Origin: Paraspadella gotoi
Taxonomy: Eukaryota; Animalia; Chaetognatha
Reading direction: 5' to 3'
Length of the DNA stretch: 64,000 bases
Assembly (NCBI GenBank): GCA_051294375.1
Contig: CM119269.1
Span: forward strand, 8,440,519 to 8,504,518
Shown here: piece after piece, positions 26,382 to 36,912 of the stretch
Layout: each line of letters opens with the position of its first letter
Numbering within the stretch: position 1 is the first letter of the stretch
Made by a program: the position numbers and the translations under genes
The notes under the pieces: model-generated
The model's input: the letters and a program-made list of their open reading frames with translations, nothing else
Told to the model about the DNA's origin: nothing
Database searches by the model: none

Positions 26382-26427
26382 AAACGCTGAAGAAGGCTTG
26401 AATATTAAAGCCGAAACATGTCTGTTT
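26382..26427 (+). ncRNA. Minimal type I hammerhead ribozyme motif (Penelope-like)
   Basis: aaacg CTGAAGA a GGCTT gaatatta AAGCC GAAA catg TC tgttt: complete core, 5-bp stem I, 5-bp stem II, palindromic ACATGT stem III; predicted cleavage after 26422. Confidence 0.75.
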
Positions 26428-27538
26428 ATCAATAAAAACAAATTTCGTTTGTTTTTCTTTAATTTATAATTTAATCTATAATTTAAGTTAATTTTTAAGA
26501 TTTAAAGCTTATGGAGAGGGAATAGGTTAAGAATTACGTTCAAAATTAAGGTTAAAATTAAGTTCAGAGATTTAAGAACTAAAATTTGGGCTCATTTGGA
26601 AAAGAGTGCCGAATATGAATAGAATCTTTTTTTTCCCCATTGTCGTTTTTGAGTGTTTGTTGTCTTTCAATTAAAAGTTATTTTTCGCTAATTAGAAATA
26701 GTAATGACTATGAGAACGTTAACTTTCTAATTTAAAAATAATTAATGGTGGCATCTGGCATAAGTTTAGATAAATGATGATGATTGTACTTAATCAACCT
26801 TGTTGTATTCGAAGAAAATCGCATATAAATAAATAAATAACTTTAATTTGCGCCAAATTGATCTTAGTATTTTAATGATTGATTTTTATGTTTTAAATTC
26901 GCATATGTATTCTTGTAATAGTAACCTTTCTATTTTCATTAAAATGGTTTTAATCTTAATAAAACGTTTTTTTATGAGTAGGCGAATTGAAAACGAAGGT
27001 GCTATGAAATAAATTTTTGAACAGAGGGAATTTAGCTATAAACAGGGATTATTTAAACTTAAAAAAGATTGGGTAGCTCTGGTGAAGTTTCCCCAAGGAG
27101 CTAAGGCCCACACGTTCCTGACTTGGCTCAGTTGAGGAATTCCGAGATTCACGCAATTACGGTATAATACTGTATAATACTGTAATACTGTATAATACTG
27201 TTTCCTGTTTTGATAAGTACCTATGACTGACAAGCAAAAGGTGGCGACTTGAATTTTTGATAAAAGTGACATATTCGTTAAAAGTGAATAAATTTGTACT
27301 ATTATATCCGTTTGTGATAAAAGCCCGCATCAACAATTGTAGACAATAAATTTGGTTAAAAAGTTTTGGCAATCTGGATTGGTCGGTCAAAGGACACAAG
27401 GACAGTCATCTCGGTTCAGAAGAGCTGGTGCTATCATTGCAATAAGTTTGTAGAAGACAATTCGCCGATCCACTGGCCAGTCGTTTTGGCCGAAGATATT
27501 GATATGAAATCTCTCTATCTCTATTTGACCGGTTTTAT

Positions 27539-27569
<31 letters not shown>

Positions 27570-27685
27570 TGAACATCGCGAATTTTGTCCTTGTTTTATC
27601 TCTCAAAATAAAACTTTCTATGTCTCGGTTCCGAAGAGCTGGTGTTATCATTGCAATAAGTTCACTACGCATGATATCCTCGGTC

Positions 27686-27848
27686 ATGGCCCGGTGGCTC
27701 ATTGAGTAATGCCATCAGCTCATGACCATTAGGTACCGGGTTCGATCCCCAATGGTACCTACCCTGTGGGAAGTCTTAGGACGGCCGTAAACCGCCTTCG
27801 AAGCCAGGACCCGTTCCATGGCTTCGAGAGGTGTTAAACGAGTCAACC
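27686..27848 (+). mobile_element. tRNA-derived SINE family 2, most complete copy
   Basis: ggcccggtggctcattgagtaa..gctcatga..ccgggttcgatccc head (A and B boxes) plus an approximately 95-bp body shared with copies at 11020-11400. Confidence 0.75.
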
Positions 27849-28344
27849 AAAATATCGGTGGGAAACCGACCTTGTTGGATTTGCCATAGCAGGATTTAAT
27901 TAGAAAGGTAATTTAGCGCAATCTTATTATGTATATCAAAGTTATGTTCGATATCCTGAATGTCAAAGGTAACCATACAAATAAAGGTCGTTAGATTGAC
28001 TCTTAACTATACAAACAGAGAAAAGGGATAGAGCGAGTATTATTAAACATGATAACCGTTTCCCCCCAAACTGTAGATGAAAAGGGATTTGATTGGGTTT
28101 AATATAAACTGTCGAAAAAAATGTAAAAGAGAGAGAGAGGAAATAGACAATTTTTTAAAATGTAAAAAGGGGAGAGAGAGAGAGAGAGAGTAGACATTTT
28201 TTTTTTAAAGGTTATTAAATTGTTAGAATACTACATCGTAAACTTATTTAGAGAGTATAATAATATTTGATGCTATATCTCCATAATCTTGAAAGAGAGA
28301 GAGAAAGAGAATGGGAATAGAATAGAAAATGTAAAAAGGGGAGA

Positions 28345-28381
<37 letters not shown>

Positions 28382-28522
28382 CATTGTTATTATACTACTC
28401 CATCGTAAATTTATTTAGAGAGTATAATAATATTTGATGCTATATCTCCATAATAATGTAATGTACAATTATAAACCTAAAGTGCGCGATCAAACAACGC
28501 AGTACCAAATTCGTTTCCCTCT

Positions 28523-31478
28523 TTAATTATCCTTTTCCAAGAACGCCCTCTTAATCTCCCGTCTCAAGATCTTTCCCGACGGCGTTCTCGGGATCTCCCC
28601 GACAAACTCTACTCCACCGCGCAGCCACGAGATGGCGTTGACGCGCGACTCGACGAAACGCTGAAGCTCGGACTCGGTGGAGCCGCGACCCTCCTTCAGG
28701 GTCACGAAGGCGCGGGGCACTTCGCCGCCGACCTGTTGTGAGGGCATGAGGATGATTAGGAAGAGGAGAAAGAAAGAAAGAAAGAAAAGAGGAAAGAAAT
28801 AGAGATAGAAAGAAAGAAAAAAAGAGAAAGGAAGAAAGAAAAAAAAAAGAATATTGAGGGACCTGCTATAGCAGAGTGATGGTAAGAGTGATGGAGGCCT
28901 TAGACCACCAAAGCCTGTCCACAGTCAGGGGCAAGATAGCTTATTTATTAAATGAATGGATAATTTGTATATTAATAGTACCAATTTCATAAAGAAAGAA
29001 AAAAGAAAGAAAGACAGACAGAAAGAAAGAGACAGATAGAAAAAGAAAAACAAAAAGAAAAAAAATATTACTAAACTAACCTCATGCGGAACTCCAATGA
29101 CAGCCGCATCACCAACCGCAGGATGTTCAAGCAACAACCCTTCTAATTCAGCCGGGGCCACTTGGTGTCCCTTGTACTTTATGAGCTCCTTGACCCGGTC
29201 AACAACATATAAGTGCCCGTCAGGCTCGATGTAGCCCACGTCACCTGATCTCAGCCAGCCTTCTGAATCGATAGTTGCCGTGGTCGCCGCTGAGTTGTTT
29301 AAGTAGCCCTTCATAATCTTAAGGGGAAGAGTTTTGGGGGCAAAAATAGTTTTAAGATTCGTTGTAAGGACATCGCATGTACAGGTTAATTCCATATCAA
29401 AGTAGAGTCTTTGTGGGTATTACAAGTGCATTTATTTTTTTGCCAATATTTCAATTCACATAGCGGAATCATTTTACAGAACATTTCAATTACAATAAAT
29501 GCAATTACAATAAATGCACTTGTAATACCCACAAAGACTCTCTACTTAAATAGTTTTAAGATTCAATTTTGATTACCCTGATTAAACTGAGGCTGGTTAA
29601 TTCAATTTTTATGCTATAGTATTCTTAAATATATCTCATTCATATTATATTTTAAAGAGCTTTTAAAAGTTGTTAATATTAATTATATTTATGTAAACTT
29701 TTTTTTAAAATTCATCAAAAAAAAGCACCAAATGATTAAAGAAAAAACATTAAGTTTTAATTGAGAGATCATTTTTAAGACTACTTTTTTCCCCTTATTG
29801 CCAAGGCAAATAAAAATCAATCAATATAAAATTTGAACATTGTGTATAGACTTTCGATTTCGTTGTTTATGGGCATTAGGAGAAAAACTATTTTTATTTG
29901 TTTTGACAACGAATTTTAATGACAATTTGACAGACATGTTTCGACTCTGTATCTTTAGAGTCTAAACACTGATGAAGACTCTAAAGATACAGAGTCGAAA
30001 CATGTCTGTCAAATTGTCATTAAAATTCGTTGTCAAAACAAATAAAAATTGTTTTTCTCCTAAAATTTGAACAGAAAAATAATTTTTTTTTTCACAAAGA
30101 GTTTTCAAGATTTTAAAAATCTTTACATGGCGTTTAAATGTGTCACATAAGAATAAGAGAATTAAAAATGAATTGTTCCAATACTATTTCACAATCACCT
30201 GAGATCCCTTGACGAGGACCTCTCCAAGCTCTCCGCCGGACACATCCCCGCCCGTGTCGTCGACCACCCTCAACGAGGTGTTGGGAATGGGAACACCTGC
30301 TGATCCGGGCTTAACGGACCCAGTTGGATCTAAGGTGGCCAAAGGTGATAGTTCAGTCATGCCCCACATCTGAGAAGGATTTTTTTTTACTTTTAGGAAT
30401 CCCTTTTCATTAAAATTTCATCTCTTTTTACTCTTAAGAAAATTCCAATAATTGATGTTCCTGTTACAAATTAATTTTATCAATTTTTATACCTTAATTT
30501 TTAGTTGCGCCGCGAGTACTCGATCGGTCTGTCGGTATGTATGTCTGTCGGTCTGTCCCACTAACGTTAAAAATGCATATAATTTGCCTTGAGTTGGTTG
30601 CTCATTTGTTAAGACATGTCATGTCATGCCATATCATATCATATCAAAAGAAGTACACGTGAAAATAAAGTCACTGCGGCGTAACATATTGGATGAACCG
30701 ATCTTGTTTGTTTGTAACTCACTTGTCGAACATTGTCTCGCCCAATAAGTTTCATAGTCTCTTCTTGGAGTTCTTTTCTAAAAATAATAAAGGAAATGTT
30801 TATTTACATTTACCAGCTTTATGTATAGGCTTTCGATTTCGTTGTTTCGTTGTACGACTCTCCTCGCACCGAGCGTCGCCCAAAACGACGGCTTCAGGAG
30901 GAGGGAGAGGAGTCTGTGTCTCCTGTATCAAAACAGGCAAGAACAGGCAACCGGCTGACTCACCGTCAGGTGAGAGGAGGGCCGTCGGCAGGCTATATCA
31001 GGCCAAAAGAGATATACGAGTGGCACTTGGCATTTTTCCAAGTGGAACCTTACCAGACCCCAGAATGTCACGCTCTACAAATATATCCTCTCACCTATGA
31101 CAGGCCAATGACCCGATCTTATCGTCAACGTCCTCCATTTGCCCGGCTCATTTTTGAGCTCTTTCTTTAACTTACTTTCACTAACTCTTTACTTACCTAT
31201 CCCTCACCACTTATTCTTCCATTTCAATTTCACTTCATTTTACTAATTTATTTTCACTGTTGTTAATAGTAGTATTACTTAGTTAATCTTTATGTTTACT
31301 TATTTATTCTTATTTTTCTCTGTTGTACATTACTAAATGTATTAATTTCATTTGTCTCTCTTCTCTCTCTCTCTCTCTCTCTCTCTTTTCATATTCACAA
31401 TCTTACTTCTCCTTCCCCTGTCCTTACCTTGAACTGTCCTCACATCTGACCACTATCTCTCACTCAATTCTTTGTTGG

Positions 31479-31549
<71 letters not shown>

Positions 31550-34473
31550 TCATCTTCACTAAACTCAACTTTCACAGAGAAAATTGTTGTAAAATCACTT
31601 GCTGATGAAGACTCTAACTTTGTAAGAGTCGAACAAGTCCGACTTACTTGTCAAAAAAAATTTCGTTGCCACATTAAAACTGTTTTTCCATTTTCAGCTA
31701 AATTTAGTTTGTTAATTGATGCGATAATCCTTTCTTTTTCGTTGTTTATTGATATTAGAGAAAGCAAATTTTGAATTTTTAACAACGATTTTAATTAATA
31801 GTTGGACATGTTTCGGCTTGTTTGCTTCAAGCCTTCATCAGCATATGACATTCAATAATAAATTTTGTGTAAAAGAAGAGTATGTGAGAGAGAGAGAGAG
31901 AGAGAAGAGAGAGAGGGTAAAAGTTTTTTACAGCAAAGTGGTGAGACAGAATGTGGTCAGATGTGAGGACAGGTTGAAGGTGAGGGCAGATTGAGTGAGT
32001 TGTGAAAAGAGTGAAACTTGTTAAAGAGAGAGAGACGAGACGAGAAACAAAACAACAGGGATAAATAAACTATTAATTAAAAATCGTTGTTAAAAATTCA
32101 AAATCTTTGCTTTCTCTAAGTTTTTTAATTGAAAAGCGTAGTGACATTCAAACATAAACAAACACGCAGTTCTGCATGTGAAGTTATTAACTTGATAGAA
32201 TAAATTGTATTTAATTCATATTAAAGCTCGAGTGATAATTTCAAAGTCATGAGCAAGTCAAGAATTTAGCCAGGGGCAGTGAAAATCCTAAAAACTACAC
32301 ATTTACTATTCAAATTTTCAAATCAGTATTATCCTTTTCTTTTCTGTTACGTCATTAAGTCATTACGTCATTTTATGTCATTAGTCTCGTCATTAGTTAC
32401 ATCATTTTATGTCATTTTAGTCATGTTTTATCCTTTAGTGTCAATTTATTATTTTAAGTCATTTTATGTCCTTTTAGTCATATCTGGTCCTTTTATCATT
32501 ACGTAATTACGACATTTTACGTCCTGTCATTTTAGTCACGTTTAGTTCTTTAGTCATTACGTCATTACGTCATTTTACGTAATGATGTGATTTTGGATCC
32601 TCTGTTTTGATGATTTTAATATAACACAAAAAAAAATTATCCGTTTGAGCTTCCCACGCAGTTTCTCTCTCACATCATAAACCGACTCACGACAAAGGGG
32701 CCGCTCCAACCACGATATCTCGGACGGAAGACAAATCGTATTTCTTGACCATCGGATGTTTGTTGAGAAAAACCAAAACTGGCGGAGCGACCGGCAGAGA
32801 ATGGAGCCGATAGCGAGAGATTGTCTCCAGAAAGATCACAGGATCAAACTTGCGCATCATCACTATCGGGTTTCTCAGGTGAAGATGAAGGACGAATAGC
32901 GCGATTTGCGCGACGTGAAATATGGGGAACATGGCCAAGACGTTGTCCACGTGGCCGAACAGTTCTTTCCTGAAGATAGTAAATTCAAGATGTTCCAATA
33001 TTTAGCATAATTCCTAACCTAACCTTTATCTTTAACCTTATCCCTAACTCCTAACTCCTTCAGTGTCTACCTGCACAATTGACTGAGACAAGAGATAAAA
33101 GAGCCGTGTGTCAATTCGACTCCTTTTGGCAAACCCGTCGTTCCTGAAGAAAATGGGATGAACGAAACGTGAGTCATTGGATCGATCAAGTCAAGCCGCC
33201 GGGTCCTCGAAGGAAAAGCATCTCCGGTGTCGCGTAGCATTTGAGAAATGGACATTTCCGCGCGGCTTTCCGAGTTGTCATCGTTATCGATCAGGATCAA
33301 GGGAACGTTGGCCAAGAGAGGATCTTTTAATGCCTCCGCGGCAACGTTGTACAGACTTCCATCGGCAACAACCATTTTTGCTGAGGTCATCATCAACTGA
33401 AACCGAAATAAAATGGCTGGTCACATTGTGAGAAGGACATGCAAATAACAATTATGAAATTGGTGAAACTAATAACAAAAAATTGTCATTTATGAAATTG
33501 GTACTTGTATTTAGGTATTTGTCTAATAAATAAGCAATCTTTCCCTTGAGTTTGGACAGGTTATTGTGGTTTAAGGCTTCCATCACTCTTAAAAGATAAT
33601 GACAGCAGGACTGTGCAAACTTTAAAAAAAGACTCCATCACATCCTTATTCATTTAAAGGTACCTGACTTCCCTATCAATGAAGTGGTATAATGTTTCAA
33701 AGAATGTTTTATAATGTACATTGTATAATATTGTAATAAAAAGTTCTTAAAATTATGGGACTATCGAGGTTTTTTTGGTCAATCTTGGCTGCCGTTACCG
33801 AGTCCCCAGTCCCCTCTGTGAGTTGCTTTGCCTTCTGCATTACTGGATCAGGCGGACCACTAGTTATCGGTGGATTAACCAACTCGTCACGTTCTTAGTG
33901 TACTTTTTGGCTCGAATATAATGCCAAATAAACCTAAAATTTTAAAACTTTTGATGAAACCTGTTTCCTCAGTTCGGCGGCATTAAACGCCGGATTGGCC
34001 GGCGTAAAGGCGGCGCCAATTCCTAACGTTGCCAACATGATGGATAGACACTCGATGGAATTTCCCGCAAACAACGCCACCGTATCCTTGGCACCAATCC
34101 CTCGCTTCACCATCGCCGACCCGATGGACGTTGCGCTTTCTTGCAGCTCGCCGCGAAAGACGGTGCGGCCGGATTCGGCGTCGACGATGGCGACGGCCTC
34201 CGCTGAAGACGAATCGTCGTCGTCGTTGTCATCTTCAAAAACGAAAGTGAAGATATCGATTTCTGGTACAACGACTTTCGGAAAAGGCGATTGGTAAATT
34301 TTTTGTTTCTTTGTCGATGTGGAAAACGACGAGCACCAAGGCTGAATTGAAATGGAATCGTTGCCAACCTTGGCCGTGACCACTTGATCTTTGATACGCG
34401 AAGAAATTGAGGAGACGAAACGAGGTTGAAAACCGCGATTGTAAAGAGGAACTGAGATTCGCCGCAACCACAT
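28523..34473 (-). CDS. Firefly-luciferase-like / 4-coumarate--CoA ligase-like acyl-CoA synthetase (ANL superfamily), 596 aa, 7 exons
   Basis: Exons 34473-33961, 33396-33071, 32969-32691, 30777-30723, 30369-30199, 29317-29081, 28732-28523; all GT-AG and in phase, 1791 nt. Motifs [63 protein letters not shown]. Confidence 0.93.
28855..28960. repeat. Short interspersed repeat; other copies at about 33525-33612 (inverted) and 56525-56690 (degenerate)
   Basis: Shared taagagtgatgga.gcctta.accac...cctgtcca....cagggg.aagat.gcttatttatta. Confidence 0.6.
29361..29547. mobile_element. Small insertion with Penelope-like geometry (39-nt tail + inverted repeat, 17-bp TSD)
   Basis: aaatagttttaagattc at 29344-29360 and 29548-29564; inverted repeat 29400-29436 versus 29509-29547. 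Confidence 0.6.
29840..30063. mobile_element. Penelope-like element remnant: 36-nt tail + 88-bp palindrome carrying a hammerhead, 13-bp TSD
   Basis: taaaatttgaaca at 29827-29839 and 30061-30073; arms 29876-29963 and 29976-30063 with one mismatch. Confidence 0.8.
29964..30011 (+). ncRNA. Minimal type I hammerhead ribozyme motif
   Basis: aaaca CTGATGA a GACTCT aaagatac AGAGTC GAAA catg TC tgt; predicted cleavage after 30006. Confidence 0.75.
30499..30600 (+). mobile_element. 5' end of HINE-like family B
   Basis: ttttagttgcgccgcgagtactcg + (gtcg/gtct/gtat)n + tcccacta, matching the reverse complement of 63068-63197. Confidence 0.55.
30821..31690. mobile_element. Penelope-like remnant related to 29840-30063, with a degenerate hammerhead at 31597-31645
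   Basis: Begins with the same tail (tgtatag.ctttcgatttcgttgttt); ends CTGATGAaGACTCT..AGAGTC GAAC aagTC followed by a 3' end similar to 30007-30060; possible degenerate TSD catttaccagct / cattttcagct. Confidence 0.65.
31721..32119 (-). mobile_element. Penelope-like pseudo-LTR remnant with hammerhead, inverted terminal copy and about 34-nt tail
   Basis: 31755-31803 is the reverse complement of 32068-32119; the body is an inverted relative of about 31350-31690 (tgtcctcacatctgaccac / gtggtcagatgtgaggaca). Confidence 0.7.
31800..31846 (-). ncRNA. Minimal type I hammerhead ribozyme motif, sense to the host pre-mRNA
   Basis: Minus strand reads tg CTGATGA a GGCTTG aagcaaa CAAGCC GAAA catg TC ca; stem I is weak (2 bp). 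Confidence 0.65.
32345..32585. repeat. Degenerate gtcatt(a/t) tandem
   Basis: Repeated gtcatta/gtcattt units. Confidence 0.7.
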
Positions 34474-34530
34474 TTTTCAACGCTGAAAATTTACCGACTC
34501 TGCATAAATTTATTACTATTAATATACTAG

Positions 34531-34759
34531 TATGGTGGACTAAAACCCACCAACCGTTCATCAGCGGCCATTGTTGCCGGAGGCAAGTCATTCGCCTCCC
34601 AACCCAAAGGTCCGGGGTTCTAGCCCGGTGGTCGTCTGGCAGAGGGACGGGGCGCTTAACCCGCCTGTAACATGGTGTTACAGCCTGATCCGAAGCTCAG
34701 GGACTGCTTATATTGAACGGTTCTATCACTAACTCATAACAATAATTACTGTCTCTTCA
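34531..34759 (+). mobile_element. tRNA-Gly-like cassette element, copy 3 (complete, TSD CTAG), 57 bp upstream of the luciferase-like ATG
   Basis: CTAG at 34527-34530 and 34760-34763; same termini as copy 2. Confidence 0.9.
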
Positions 34760-34952
34760 CTAGCATATTTACTATTAAAAAATTGTATCAAACAATAAAT
34801 ACAATTTTTTTTTGTGTATGTGTATCAACTTGTATCAACACGCATTAGCATGTTCTAATTAACGGTAAAAGCAAAAAAAATTTTTCGTCTTCAAACTTAA
34901 AACTTTAAAACGAGTTCGAAACGAATTTAATTAAGGAGCAACCAGTGGAAGC

Positions 34953-35004
<52 letters not shown>

Positions 35005-35113
35005 AACTGCTGAAAAAAAAAAAAGATTTTGAGAAAAGAATTTTAGGGTCAGAATTGAATCGAAAAATAATGTCTGACAATTTACGTACTTTGAACATCG
35101 ATTAAAAAGAGAG

Positions 35114-35658
35114 AAACAAGTTTGAGCAAACAATGTAGGATCTGCCTCCGATAATTAAGTGGTAATCAGCTAATCCGATGATAAATCACGTTCATTCTTT
35201 CTGACTTTCAATTTGTGATCTTAACAGATCATAACAGATCATCACATAACAAATCATGAGATACTTCTTTATAAATTTAAGAAAAAATCTATAAATCAAT
35301 TAATCTATTAATGAACCAGTAGCTGCGCCAATAATAACTTACATATTTTGGTCAAATTGCCTAATTTGGTCAAATTACATAATTTGGTCAGCTTTCATAA
35401 TTTGGTCAACTGGCATGATTTGGTTAACTGGCATTATTTTGTCAACTGGAAAAATTTGGTCAACTGGCATAATTTAGTCAATTGGCATAATTTGGTCTAC
35501 TCGCATAATTTTGTCAACTAGCAAAATTTGGTCAACTGACATAATTTGGTCAACTGACATAATTTGATCAACTGGCATAATTTGGTCAACTGGCATAAAT
35601 TGTCCACCTTGCATATTTTGATTAACTGGCATAATTTGGTCATTCAATAATTTTATCT

Positions 35659-35714
<56 letters not shown>

Positions 35715-35963
35715 CTTAAACAAAATTTAAATGTTTTTTTCCATTTCCGTTCGCTCGATTTTACCAAAACTGTCCAGCACACACTTTCCTACTGACGTAC
35801 AAAATTTCATCTCAATCAATCCATTTAATTGTGAATAATTTGAATAATTGTGAGTAAATATAAGTAAAGAGATTTGCATAAATATAACTTTTTTTATTTA
35901 AACTCATTTCCACTCGCATGATTCCATCAAAACTTATTATTATTAGCAGATCCCGACTAAAAA
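35114..35963 (-). mobile_element. HINE/DINE-1-like family A, third copy, with an 18-bp tandem at about 35345-35645
   Basis: acaagtttgagcaaacaatgtaggatctgcc at the left end and gcagatcccgactaaaa at the right end; tandem unit taatttggtcaactggca. Confidence 0.8.
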
Positions 35964-36679
35964 CTTTGTTTTCGTTCTTGGCTTGAATTTCGAATGCGAG
36001 AAACTTCACGATGAGAAGAGAAGAAAAGACGAGGACTGAAGATTCTTTGTGATTTCTTCTAGATGACCGGGGTCAACTCGAGTCGCCAGAGTATCACTAT
36101 CGAGGGATGAGAATTAATGGAACAATTCCTAGACTTTCTCAGGCTCAAGTAAAAAGCAGAAATCAATCCATACGAATACGAAAACCGTTCATCTATCTGA
36201 CATGTCCGTTTAAAATACAAATAAAACAAAATGTATTATGTCAATGTGTTTTTTTGTTTTTTAACCGTGAAATATAAAAAGAGACATCTAGACATCGATA
36301 TTGGAATCCGTTAATAGAAACAAAATAAAAAAAATATAAAAAAGCTGTTGAAGTATTTAAAAAAAAAATTTTAAATGTTATGTTATGGTGCTTTCGATTA
36401 TTAGGCAAAGTTAAAGGTGAGGGTTAAGGTTTAGGATTAGGTTAGGGTTAGGGATTATAGTTAGGGATTGGTTTACTTTATATTATATTGAGTTAAAATT
36501 AAATTCTGGCATAAAGGAGCAGAAATAGAGCGCTCTGAAAATTCAAATTCGTAACTTTGTTCAATTTCCTTCTGATTTTACATCTTTTATTATTATTTTA
36601 TTTTCACTTCTTTTACTTTCCTACATTTTTTTTTCATTATTTTTATTTTAATTCGAATGAATTTGAACACCATTCATGT

Positions 36680-36912
36680 TGAAGAGACAGTAATTATTGT
36701 TATGTGTTAGTGACAGAACCGTTCAAATAAGCAGTCCCTGAGCTTCGAATCAGGCTGTAACACCATGTTACAGGCGGGTTAAGCGCCCCGTCCCTCTTAA
36801 CTGCCAGACGACCACCGGGCTAGAACCCCGGACCTTTGGGTTGGGAGGCGAATGACTTGCCTCCGGCACCAATGGCCGCTGATGAACGGTTGGTGGATTT
36901 TAGTCCACCATA
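36680..36912 (-). mobile_element. tRNA-Gly-like cassette element, copy 4 (complete, TSD ATGT/AAGT)
   Basis: tgaagagacag...gtccaccata; flanks match at 3 of 4 positions. Confidence 0.9.

Noticed and set aside
27686-27760. Functional tRNA genes (Met-like here, Gly-like at 10763)
   Set aside because: D and anticodon stems pair poorly, and the heads are attached to repeated bodies; they are element-derived.
28185-28455. Approximately 180-bp tandem duplication downstream of the luciferase-like stop
   Set aside because: Simple local duplication beside (AG)n tracts, or a haplotype artefact; no further structure.
32600-32690. Read-through or frameshift continuation [14 protein letters not shown] after GAAPLS
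   Set aside because: A strong donor (gtgagt) and an in-phase 55-nt exon at 30777-30723 ([19 protein letters not shown]) complete the protein.
36879-36912. CTGATGA in the tRNA-cassette element as a hammerhead core
   Set aside because: No stem II followed by GAAA; the complementary strand of the stem is followed by TCA.
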